Part shown: positions 18,210 through 25,542 of the stretch, piece after piece | How positions within the stretch are numbered: the stretch's first letter is position 1 | How the letters are laid out: each line of letters begins with the position of its first letter | Assembly: GCF_963537195.1 (NCBI RefSeq) | Contig: NZ_CAUTEG010000003.1 | Span: 1,890-65,889 of the forward strand | Source of the DNA: Oribacterium sinus | GTDB lineage: Bacteria > Bacillota > Clostridia > Lachnospirales > Lachnospiraceae | Length of the DNA: 64,000 nt | Reading direction: 5' to 3' | Made by a program: the position numbers and the translations under genes | The notes under the pieces: generated by a model | What the model was told of the DNA's origin: nothing | The model's database searches: none | Seen by the model: the letters and a program-made list of their open reading frames with translations, nothing else

Positions 18210-19757
18210 TTAGCGAACCTTACGCTCCAAAATCTTTCCGTTTTCGGCTGCGCCCAAACCTAAAGCCACGGTGTCCTGCAAAACACTCTTTCCTTGCTTC
18301 AGCTTGTCCATCTCGGATTTCTTCACCAGATATCCGGTAATACGAATCACGTCGGAATCGTTGGAATAGAAGGAAAGGTAGCGAAGATTCTTTTGGAAAG
18401 CCCCCTTCATAATATCCAAAACATACTCCGGATTTTGGTGAATGGTTCTGTCAATGGGGAAAAGGTCTCCTGTTCCGGAGGGGAAGTAATGGTGGAAATG
18501 AGACAGAACTTCCATTTGGTCTGCCAGATTCTCCGGTTCCTCTCCGATGGGGATTCTGGTTCCCGGGCTGATTTCCACATCTGTGGAGATACCTACCTGG
18601 GCATGGAGGAGGAAATGTCCGTTGCTGACCTCACAATAAGGATTCTTGTGGGCTTCGTTAAAGGCAGAAATGCAATCCATAATCTCTACCCCAAGCTCCG
18701 TTGCCTCCTTGCTGTGGCCAAAGCGACAATCACCCTTTCCTTCCTTTTCCAGAAGAATATTGACCGCCTCGGCAAGTCCCACCAAGCCGAACATAGCGGA
18801 AAAACGGTCTCTATGGATAAAGCCTTCTTTCGCCAGGAAGTTATTCTCGAAAAAGCCGGACTCTTCCACGATAAAACGAATTCGCTCATCCATATAGCGC
18901 ACACAAAGGTCCATGATATAGGGAAGCTCTTTCTCCAGAAAATCCTTTCTGTCCTTGGCTCTCTTGGCAATATTACTTAAGATCAGGCGAACAAGGGTAT
19001 AGGCTCCCCCTCCGTATGCCAAGCCGTTGTAGCAAGAAGCAATCACATAATTTCCGGAAAAATCCTTGGAATACATCCGGTGGTTGCAAAAGCTTGGCTT
19101 GGCACTGGCCATAGCACAACGAATGGCTTCAATGGCAAAGTCATCCTCGGTAAGCTCCTCATCATATTTCAAGGTAAGATTGGGGACTGCATCCTTGGTT
19201 TCCGCCATAGCCCGAAGCAAAAGTCTTCCGGCCTTGGTAGCCTTGGGGCCAATGTTGGCATGGGCGAAGGAGTCCAGAATCGTTCTGTCCATCTGGATAC
19301 AGAAAAGCTTAATCATTTTAAAGGCAAGCTCTTCGTCCATATCCTGCACAAAGGGATCCAGCAGGGTGTCCAGCTGTCCCACATAAACCGGATAATTGGT
19401 TACGGATGGAACATGCTTATAAAAGATTTGCAGAGCGTTAATGGCTTCATACAAATCCTTGGGAGGCTCTACCTGCAAGAAAGCGGAGCCCTCCCGAAAG
19501 AATTTCTCATAATCCGGGATGATATAGCGGGGACGCATAGGAGCATTTCCTTCGAAAAGGTCGCAAATGCACTGCTTCTCCGGCTCACAACGTAAAACTT
19601 CCAAAAGTCCTTCGGGAAGGTTCAGAACAGAGAGAAGGGAGTCCGCATGATTGGCCATTGTGGCTACCTTCTGCTCGTGGGTCAAGCTCTTTGACTTTAC
19701 TGTTTCCAGCATAGCCTGCCGAGCCGCTTCAACTTTTTCCATGGATATTTCTTTCAT
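18210..19757 (-). CDS. yjjI: YjjI-family glycine radical enzyme (DUF3029)
   Basis: 515 aa. The C-terminal RITGY matches the R-[VI]-x-G-[FY] glycyl-radical motif. Paired with a YjjW-type activase. Confidence 0.82.
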   Translation of the reverse strand: MKEISMEKVEAARQAMLETVKSKSLTHEQKVATMANHADSLLSVLNLPEGLLEVLRCEPEKQCICDLFEGNAPMRPRYIIPDYEKFFREGSAFLQVEPPKDLYEAINALQIFYKHVPSVTNYPVYVGQLDTLLDPFVQDMDEELAFKMIKLFCIQMDRTILDSFAHANIGPKATKAGRLLLRAMAETKDAVPNLTLKYDEELTEDDFAIEAIRCAMASAKPSFCNHRMYSKDFSGNYVIASCYNGLAYGGGAYTLVRLILSNIAKRAKDRKDFLEKELPYIMDLCVRYMDERIRFIVEESGFFENNFLAKEGFIHRDRFSAMFGLVGLAEAVNILLEKEGKGDCRFGHSKEATELGVEIMDCISAFNEAHKNPYCEVSNGHFLLHAQVGISTDVEISPGTRIPIGEEPENLADQMEVLSHFHHYFPSGTGDLFPIDRTIHQNPEYVLDIMKGAFQKNLRYLSFYSNDSDVIRITGYLVKKSEMDKLKQGKSVLQDTVALGLGAAENGKILERKVR

Positions 19758-19827
19758 TTTCTGTCCTTTCTATTTCCCTGTCTTACTCTTTCAGAAAATT
19801 CACATCCCTGTAGTATTTTCTCTGTAC

Positions 19828-20958
19828 TTAGTTGTCTAACTCGTAAACATCTCCGTACTTTGCTTCAAAGTCTGCCTTGTTGTTTGGCACCTTCAGCTCG
19901 CCGGAAACAATCTTCTTCTTTATTTCTTCTACTTCTTTAACCACTGCAGGATCAATGTTCTCCGTACCGGGAGCAAGGTCTACACCTTCATCAGCCAAAG
20001 TATAGGTCTTTACACCGCCCTTGATGTTGCCTTCCACCAATTCCTTGCTTACATCAAATACCGCATTGTCTACTCTCTTCATAGCAGAGGTCAAAATGGT
20101 CTCAGGAGCGATAGAGCTCTGATCACTGTCTACACCGATAGCCCAGATTTTAGCTTCCTTACAAGCATCGATTACGCCCAGTCCGGTTCCGCCGGCTACC
20201 TGGAAAATAACATCAGCTCCATTGGTTACCATGTTGTTTGCTGCAGTCTTTCCTGCTGCAGTATCTGCAAAGGAGTTGGCATTGGCCTGTAAAACCTTAG
20301 CACTTGCATTGGCATCCAAAACACCTGCTGTATAGCCGTATCCGAACTGGTTCATCATGTCGGTTGCCATTCCCAAAACGATACCTACGGTATTCTTCTT
20401 AGTGGTCTTTCCTGCAACATATCCTGCAAGGTAAGAAACCTGTGCCTGCTCGAACATCAGGGAAGTAACATTGGAAACATCCGCTAAGGAAGCATCATCC
20501 ACGATGGCAAACTTTACATCCGGGTTGGAAGCGGACTCTGCCTTTAAAGCATCTGCCAAAGCATAACCGATACAAATAATTAAATCATAGTCCTCATCCA
20601 CAAAGGTCTCGATATTGGGCTTATAGTCCGCATCGGTCTTAGACTCCAGATACTTTGCCTCAATACCAAGCTCCTTCTGTGCTCTCTGTAATCCTTCCCA
20701 AGCAGACTGGTTGAAGGAACCGTCATTTACTCCTCCTACGTCGGTAACAATACCAACCTTCAGACCCTTGCCGGAAGAAGCATCCTTCTTTTCCGACTTG
20801 CTCTCCTCCACCTTCTCGGAACCGGCCTCTGTACCCTTCTCGGAACCCTGCTCGGTAGCCTTTGCACTTTCTTTCTTCTCTCCGCCGGAAGCACCGCAAG
20901 CCGCTAAGCTGAACGCCATGGTCAAAGCCAGGAATGCCGCAAAGATTCTTTTCTTCAT
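19828..20958 (-). CDS. BMP-family ABC transporter substrate-binding lipoprotein
   Basis: Lipobox LAACG. DVGGVNDGSFNQSAWEG is typical of the Med/PnrA/TmpC family. Confidence 0.92.
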   Translation of the reverse strand: MKKRIFAAFLALTMAFSLAACGASGGEKKESAKATEQGSEKGTEAGSEKVEESKSEKKDASSGKGLKVGIVTDVGGVNDGSFNQSAWEGLQRAQKELGIEAKYLESKTDADYKPNIETFVDEDYDLIICIGYALADALKAESASNPDVKFAIVDDASLADVSNVTSLMFEQAQVSYLAGYVAGKTTKKNTVGIVLGMATDMMNQFGYGYTAGVLDANASAKVLQANANSFADTAAGKTAANNMVTNGADVIFQVAGGTGLGVIDACKEAKIWAIGVDSDQSSIAPETILTSAMKRVDNAVFDVSKELVEGNIKGGVKTYTLADEGVDLAPGTENIDPAVVKEVEEIKKKIVSGELKVPNNKADFEAKYGDVYELDN

Positions 20959-21028
20959 TTCTCGTCCTCCTTAGATGAAGTCTTTTCTATTCGCCGTTTC
21001 CCTCCGAAGCCCTCGGCAAATAATAAAA

Positions 21029-21082
21029 GACTTGTCACATGTACTCTCCCATTATAGGGAAGAAAGAATACGGTGACAAGTC
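21029..21082 (-). promoter_or_regulatory. sigma-A promoter bracketed by a perfect 10-bp inverted repeat (candidate operator)
   Basis: Minus strand has TTGTCA (21079-21074), a 17-nt spacer, then TATAAT (21056-21051). The inverted repeat is GACTTGTCAC (21029-21038) with GTGACAAGTC (21073-21082). Confidence 0.7.
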
Positions 21083-21203
21083 AGTTCCTTGCTTTATTTC
21101 ATCTTCCTGTACGCAAAAGATTCCTGCCGAAATTCACACTTAAAAATAATGAATTTAATAACAAAAAATCAAGCTCTTTCTCCTGCAAAAGAAATATCGG
21201 ATT

Positions 21204-22421
21204 TTATTCCGGAAAATGAGAAAGCAAAAACTCTAAAAATCCTTTCAGGTTCAGATTTCCTTCCCATAAACGTCCCAGAATATAATTTAGCAGACTAAAG
21301 CCCACGAAGCAGAATCCGAAAAACAGGAATAAGCTTAGGGCGAAAACGCTGTATAAAAAGCAGATTTTCAGCACCTTTCCGCTTTGGCCGTACTCTATTT
21401 TCAGGGCTGTATAATCCAACACAATGCCCAAGGGTATGCCCAAAAGAAACAGAAACAAAGAAAATAGGGGAAAGCCCAAAAGCAGGGAAAAGAAGGATAG
21501 ACTTGCTAAAAGGTAGAGCGCCAATCTTCCCCTGGTAAAGAGATAAAACAAGGAGGAAAAGCTTCTTCCCTCTGAAAAAAACAGAACCAGGAAGAAGGGT
21601 AAGAGCAAAAAGCTTAAGGCATAGAGCAGGGAAAATTGAAGAGAAGCTGCCGGATTTCCGTTGGAAAGGTATAAGCCGATGAAAAACATCAGAAGCAAGC
21701 TGATAGTAAAAAGCAGAGAGGTACTTTTATGTCCTGTCTTTTCCTTCTCCTTCAGCATGGCCTCTTCCGGATCCGCCAAATACTCCCGGATTTCTCCCCG
21801 TAAAAGCTTCGGTGCCTGCAAAAATTCCTTGATTGCTCCGGAGGAAGGAAGAGCCGGAGAAAAGAAGGAGGAGCGAGCCTCCACAAAGACCGGAATCTCT
21901 CTTCTTTCGGAAGCTTCTTCGATAACAACGGTCTCCGATTCTTCTTCTAAATGAATCGATTTTTCCTCTTCCGAATCCCTCAAATTCTCCTGTTCTAAAG
22001 CTTCCTCTTCCGAATCCCTCTGTTTCTCTTGTTCTACAGCGTCCTGCTCTTGTTCCCCATACTCTTCCGAAGCTTCTAAAGGCGTCTTATCTTCTTTTAC
22101 GCTCTGTTCCTCTAAGTTCGGTTCTCTTTTTCTCTCCTGCTCTTCCTGTAAAGCCTTTTCCAAAGCCGCAATCCTTGCCTCCAGAGCCTGCTCTCTTTCC
22201 TGCCTTTGCCGCTTTTTCTCCGCCTTCTTTTCCGCTTTTTTAGCTAAGCTTTTTTCATGCTTAGCTAAAACTGTTTTTCCTTCCTGCTTTTCTCCTTTTT
22301 TCTTCCCCATTACACTGAAAATCCCTTCTTCCGCTCTTTTCCTAATTTCTTCTGCCCCATATTGTAGCCTAGTTCTTTTGTCTTGGAAAGAGCTTCCTCC
22401 GCCTAATCCCGAATTCCCCAT
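21204..22421 (-). CDS. hypothetical protein: E/K-rich N-terminal region plus polytopic membrane C-terminal domain
   Basis: 405-aa ORF with no family recognised. The start codon is uncertain. Confidence 0.6.
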   Translation of the reverse strand: MGNSGLGGGSSFQDKRTRLQYGAEEIRKRAEEGIFSVMGKKKGEKQEGKTVLAKHEKSLAKKAEKKAEKKRQRQEREQALEARIAALEKALQEEQERKREPNLEEQSVKEDKTPLEASEEYGEQEQDAVEQEKQRDSEEEALEQENLRDSEEEKSIHLEEESETVVIEEASERREIPVFVEARSSFFSPALPSSGAIKEFLQAPKLLRGEIREYLADPEEAMLKEKEKTGHKSTSLLFTISLLLMFFIGLYLSNGNPAASLQFSLLYALSFLLLPFFLVLFFSEGRSFSSLFYLFTRGRLALYLLASLSFFSLLLGFPLFSLFLFLLGIPLGIVLDYTALKIEYGQSGKVLKICFLYSVFALSLFLFFGFCFVGFSLLNYILGRLWEGNLNLKGFLEFLLSHFPE

Positions 22422-22531
22422 TCTTCTCTTGACTCAATTTTTCCGCTCAAAGGAATAGGGAATAGAAGATTAAGAAGCAAGTTTTCATTCCTTTCGCTTT
22501 CCAAACAGCAATTCATCCATTTCAACAAAAA

Positions 22532-22590
22532 TGTGGATAAGTCCTTTGTACATTTTCCCAAAAATGGGATTTTAAGAGGACTTATCCACA
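22532..22590. promoter_or_regulatory. inverted pair of perfect DnaA boxes
   Basis: TGTGGATAA at 22532-22540 and TTATCCACA at 22582-22590. Both sit inside the 14-bp inverted repeat TGTGGATAAGTCCT / AGGACTTATCCACA. Confidence 0.7.
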
Positions 22591-22716
22591 AAAATTACAC
22601 TTTTACACATTGCCAAGCTCTTTTTCTGCCTTTTTGCTTTCGATAAATTCAAAAAATCCGAAAAAAAAGTTACGATATTCTTACTTTCCCCATTCTATTT
22701 CTTTTAAGAGCGACTC

Positions 22717-23481
22717 TTAAGAAAGAAGATTCTGATAATTTCCCAGAAAGCTTTTCATTCTTTCCTGCTCTGAAGAAAAGACCTCCTCCGGACTTCCCTC
22801 GCAGATTACTTCTCCATCCGCCATAAAAAGGATGCGGTCGGAAATATCTCTGGCAAAGGTCATTTCATGGGTAACAATCACCATGGCCATCTTCTGTCCC
22901 TTTAGGGAGCGAATCACGGAAAGCACTTCTCCCGTAAGCTCCGGATCCAGTGCAGAGGTTGGCTCATCAAAAAATAAAATCTTCGGCTCTAAGGCCAGGG
23001 CTCTGGCAATGGCCACCCTTTGCTTTTGTCCACCGGAGAGGGAATAAGGATACTGCTCCGCCTTTTCCAAAAGCCCCATTTGAGAAAGCACTGCTTTCGC
23101 TTTCTCTTCCGCTTCTTCCTTTGTTTTTTTCTGCACGTGAATCAGGGGATCCATCACATTTTTCACAACCGTCCAATGGGGAAAAAGATTGAAGTTCTGA
23201 AACACCAGGCCGAAAAGCTTCTTGGCCTCTTCCTTTTCTTCCTTCGTTGCCTGTTTTTTCTGCCCTTCCGTCAACGAAAAAATCGCCTTTCCGTCGTAGA
23301 AAAGCTCTCCTCCCTCCGCCTTTTCCAGGAGGGTGGCAATGCGAAGCAATGTGGACTTTCCGGAGCCGGAGGGTCCGATGATGCTGAGCACCTCTCCCTC
23401 CTTACAGGACAGAGAAATTCCTTTCAGAATTTCCTCTCCTGAAAATGCCTTTCGGATATTTTTCATTTCTAAAATCGCCAT
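22717..23481 (-). CDS. amino acid ABC transporter ATP-binding protein
   Basis: GPSGSGKST, LSGGQKQR and FDEPTSALD motifs. Confidence 0.93.
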   Translation of the reverse strand: MAILEMKNIRKAFSGEEILKGISLSCKEGEVLSIIGPSGSGKSTLLRIATLLEKAEGGELFYDGKAIFSLTEGQKKQATKEEKEEAKKLFGLVFQNFNLFPHWTVVKNVMDPLIHVQKKTKEEAEEKAKAVLSQMGLLEKAEQYPYSLSGGQKQRVAIARALALEPKILFFDEPTSALDPELTGEVLSVIRSLKGQKMAMVIVTHEMTFARDISDRILFMADGEVICEGSPEEVFSSEQERMKSFLGNYQNLLS

Positions 23482-23539
23482 TCCGCTCTCCTATTGATTC
23501 CTCAGATGGACACTCCCACATCTTCTTTTCCATCCAATT

Positions 23540-24190
23540 CTATTGATAATACGCCATCTTCTTTTCCATCTGTTCCATAATAAAAGCTACCACAAAATTG
23601 AAAATGTAGTAAAGCACTCCTGCCATAATCAAGGGGAACATGGAACTCTGGGAGGAAGACAGGGCCTTGGCCTGGGTAAACATTTCCATCACGGAAATGG
23701 AAAAGGCTAAAGAAGTATCCTTTACCAAAGAAATCACCTCATTGGTAATGGAAGGAAGAATCTTCTTCCAAACCTGGGGAAGGATAATACGGAAGAAACA
23801 CTGCATTTTGCTGTAACCGAGGATTTCCGCCGCCTCATACTGCCCCGGGTCCATGGATTGAATTCCGGAACGATAGATTTCCGCAAAATATGCCGCATAA
23901 TTCAGAATAAATCCGATATATACCGCTGTCATGCGGTAACCCGGATGGAGACTTACTTTGAAAATGTAATAGGGGCCGTAATACACCATAAAAAGCTGTA
24001 GCATTAAGGGTGTTCCCCGCATAAAGGAAATGTAGATTTTTATAATTCCCGATATCAAGGGGTTTTTATGCATTCTCCCAAAGGCCACCAAAAGACCTAA
24101 GGGCAAAGAAAAAAGGAGGGTTATGGCGAAGATTCCCAAACTCACAAGCAATCCTTCTCCCAGCTTCCACAGCACCACAGTCCACTCCAT
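23540..24190 (-). CDS. amino acid ABC transporter permease
   Basis: 216 aa with His/Glu/Gln/Arg-type permease signatures (RGTPLMLQL). Confidence 0.92.
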   Translation of the reverse strand: MEWTVVLWKLGEGLLVSLGIFAITLLFSLPLGLLVAFGRMHKNPLISGIIKIYISFMRGTPLMLQLFMVYYGPYYIFKVSLHPGYRMTAVYIGFILNYAAYFAEIYRSGIQSMDPGQYEAAEILGYSKMQCFFRIILPQVWKKILPSITNEVISLVKDTSLAFSISVMEMFTQAKALSSSQSSMFPLIMAGVLYYIFNFVVAFIMEQMEKKMAYYQ

Positions 24191-24229
24191 TTTTTCTCCC
24201 CTTTTCGTCTTTCTTTTTTCTCTACTACT

Positions 24230-24305
24230 CTATTGATTTAGTCTTATTCTACTGATTTAGTCTTATTCTACTGATTTAGTCTTTTTCTACTGATTTAGTC
24301 TTACT
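24230..24305. repeat. four tandem 19-bp repeats (CTACTGATTTAGTCTTATT)
   Basis: Units start at 24230, 24249, 24268 and 24287, between the SBP and permease genes. Confidence 0.9.
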
Positions 24306-24310
24306 CACTT

Positions 24311-24344
24311 GGAAAATTCACTCTATTGCATTAGTGAATTTTCC
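24311..24344 (-). promoter_or_regulatory. intra-operon stem-loop
   Basis: Perfect 12-bp stem GGAAAATTCACT / AGTGAATTTTCC with a 10-nt loop. No U-tract follows. Confidence 0.6.
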
Positions 24345-24396
24345 TTACTATTTTCTTCAAGACGCACTTTTTTGCCGTCTTAAAAATTTGTCTTTC

Positions 24397-25293
24397 CTAT
24401 TGTAAAATAAAACCTTCCGTTGTGCCAAACCATTTTTCATTGATTTTATCAATCACGCCTTCTTCCTTCATTTCCAAAAGAGTTTTCTTCACTTTATCTG
24501 CAAGTTCGGTGTTCCCCTTCTTGAAGCCGATGCCGTACTGCTCCTCCGTCAGACTTTCGGAAAGAACCTTAGCCTTCTTTTTAAAAGTCTTAATCTGATA
24601 TTCCGCCACTACGGAATCCATACAAATGGCGTCACAGGCACCGGATTCCAAATCCATCATGGCATTCTGGTAGTCTCCCACCTCGGTGAGGCTGCCGAAG
24701 CTATCCTTTAAGCTCTTATTTTCCTCTCGATTTAATGCGGTAAGTCCGGTGGAATCCTTCTGCACCTCTACCGCCTTCCCCTTTAAATCGGATAGACTGC
24801 TGATATCGCTGTCCTCTCTTACCACAAAAACCTGCTTATTGGCTAAGTAAGGTCCCACAAAGGTATAGCTGTCCTCACGGCCTTCCATACCGAAGCCGTT
24901 CCAGATGCAATCAATGTTTCCGGAATTTAATTCTAAATCCTTGGCATCCCAGTTAATGGGCTTGGGCACAAAGGTCAAATCCAATCTCTTTGCCACTTCC
25001 TCCGCCAGTTCCAGGTCATAGCCGGTGTAGTTTCCATCCTCGCCTACAAAGCCCATGGGAGGGAATTCCTGGTCAAAGCCCACGGTGAAGCTTCCGTTGC
25101 TTCCCTCCACCTTGGCTTCTGCCTTTTCTCCTGCCTTCTCGGTACCGGCCTTCTCGCTGCCTGCCTGAGTACTGCCCTCTTCCTTGCTTCCGGAGCTACT
25201 TCCGGTAGTACTCTTTCCTCCGCAAGCCACCATTCCCAGTGCCAAAACTCCTGCAGTTGCCATCCATAAAAGATTTCTTCCAAACTTTTTCAT
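24397..25293 (-). CDS. amino acid ABC transporter substrate-binding lipoprotein
   Basis: Lipobox VACGG. Family-3 SBP fold motifs (FTVGFDQEFPPMGF, DCIWNGF). Confidence 0.92.
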   Translation of the reverse strand: MKKFGRNLLWMATAGVLALGMVACGGKSTTGSSSGSKEEGSTQAGSEKAGTEKAGEKAEAKVEGSNGSFTVGFDQEFPPMGFVGEDGNYTGYDLELAEEVAKRLDLTFVPKPINWDAKDLELNSGNIDCIWNGFGMEGREDSYTFVGPYLANKQVFVVREDSDISSLSDLKGKAVEVQKDSTGLTALNREENKSLKDSFGSLTEVGDYQNAMMDLESGACDAICMDSVVAEYQIKTFKKKAKVLSESLTEEQYGIGFKKGNTELADKVKKTLLEMKEEGVIDKINEKWFGTTEGFILQ

Positions 25294-25465
25294 ACTCTTC
25301 TCCCTTTCCTTCTCTGTTTTTGCTTTGATTTGCTATCATGCTAATACGTTACTATGCTAAAGTATTTTTGTCAAGATTTCTTTAGAAGATATTACAGAGT
25401 TTCCGGCCATACGTCCTGGGCAAACGAGATATCCCACACTGGGAAAGTGGTACTCATTACGCATG

Positions 25466-25509
25466 AAAAAGGCCTGAAATCGGGAAACTTCCCTTTTTCA
25501 GACCTTTTT
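25466..25509. terminator. bidirectional intrinsic terminator
   Basis: AAAAAGGCCTGAAAT...TTTCAGACCTTTTT with inner GGGAA/TTCCC pairing. Confidence 0.7.
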
Positions 25510-25542
25510 CCATAAAGCGAAATAAATTTCCGCTGCTGTCTA

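Noticed and set aside
18294-18980. Long antisense ORFs inside large genes (18294-18980, 43034-43534, 50196-50795, 38746-39288, 19080-19595 and similar)
   Set aside because: All lie fully within well-supported genes on the other strand. Their translations are low-complexity or compositionally odd, as is typical of frame shadows.
22403-22591. 62-aa minus-strand ORF starting inside the DnaA box
   Set aside because: It has no RBS and overlaps the start region of the 405-aa gene. The sequence is better explained as a regulatory region.
22690-22725. Hairpin CTTAAGAG-CGA-CTCTTAAG at the stop codon of the ABC ATPase gene as a terminator
   Set aside because: On the coding (minus) strand an A-rich tract follows it, not a U-rich one, so it is not a canonical intrinsic terminator.
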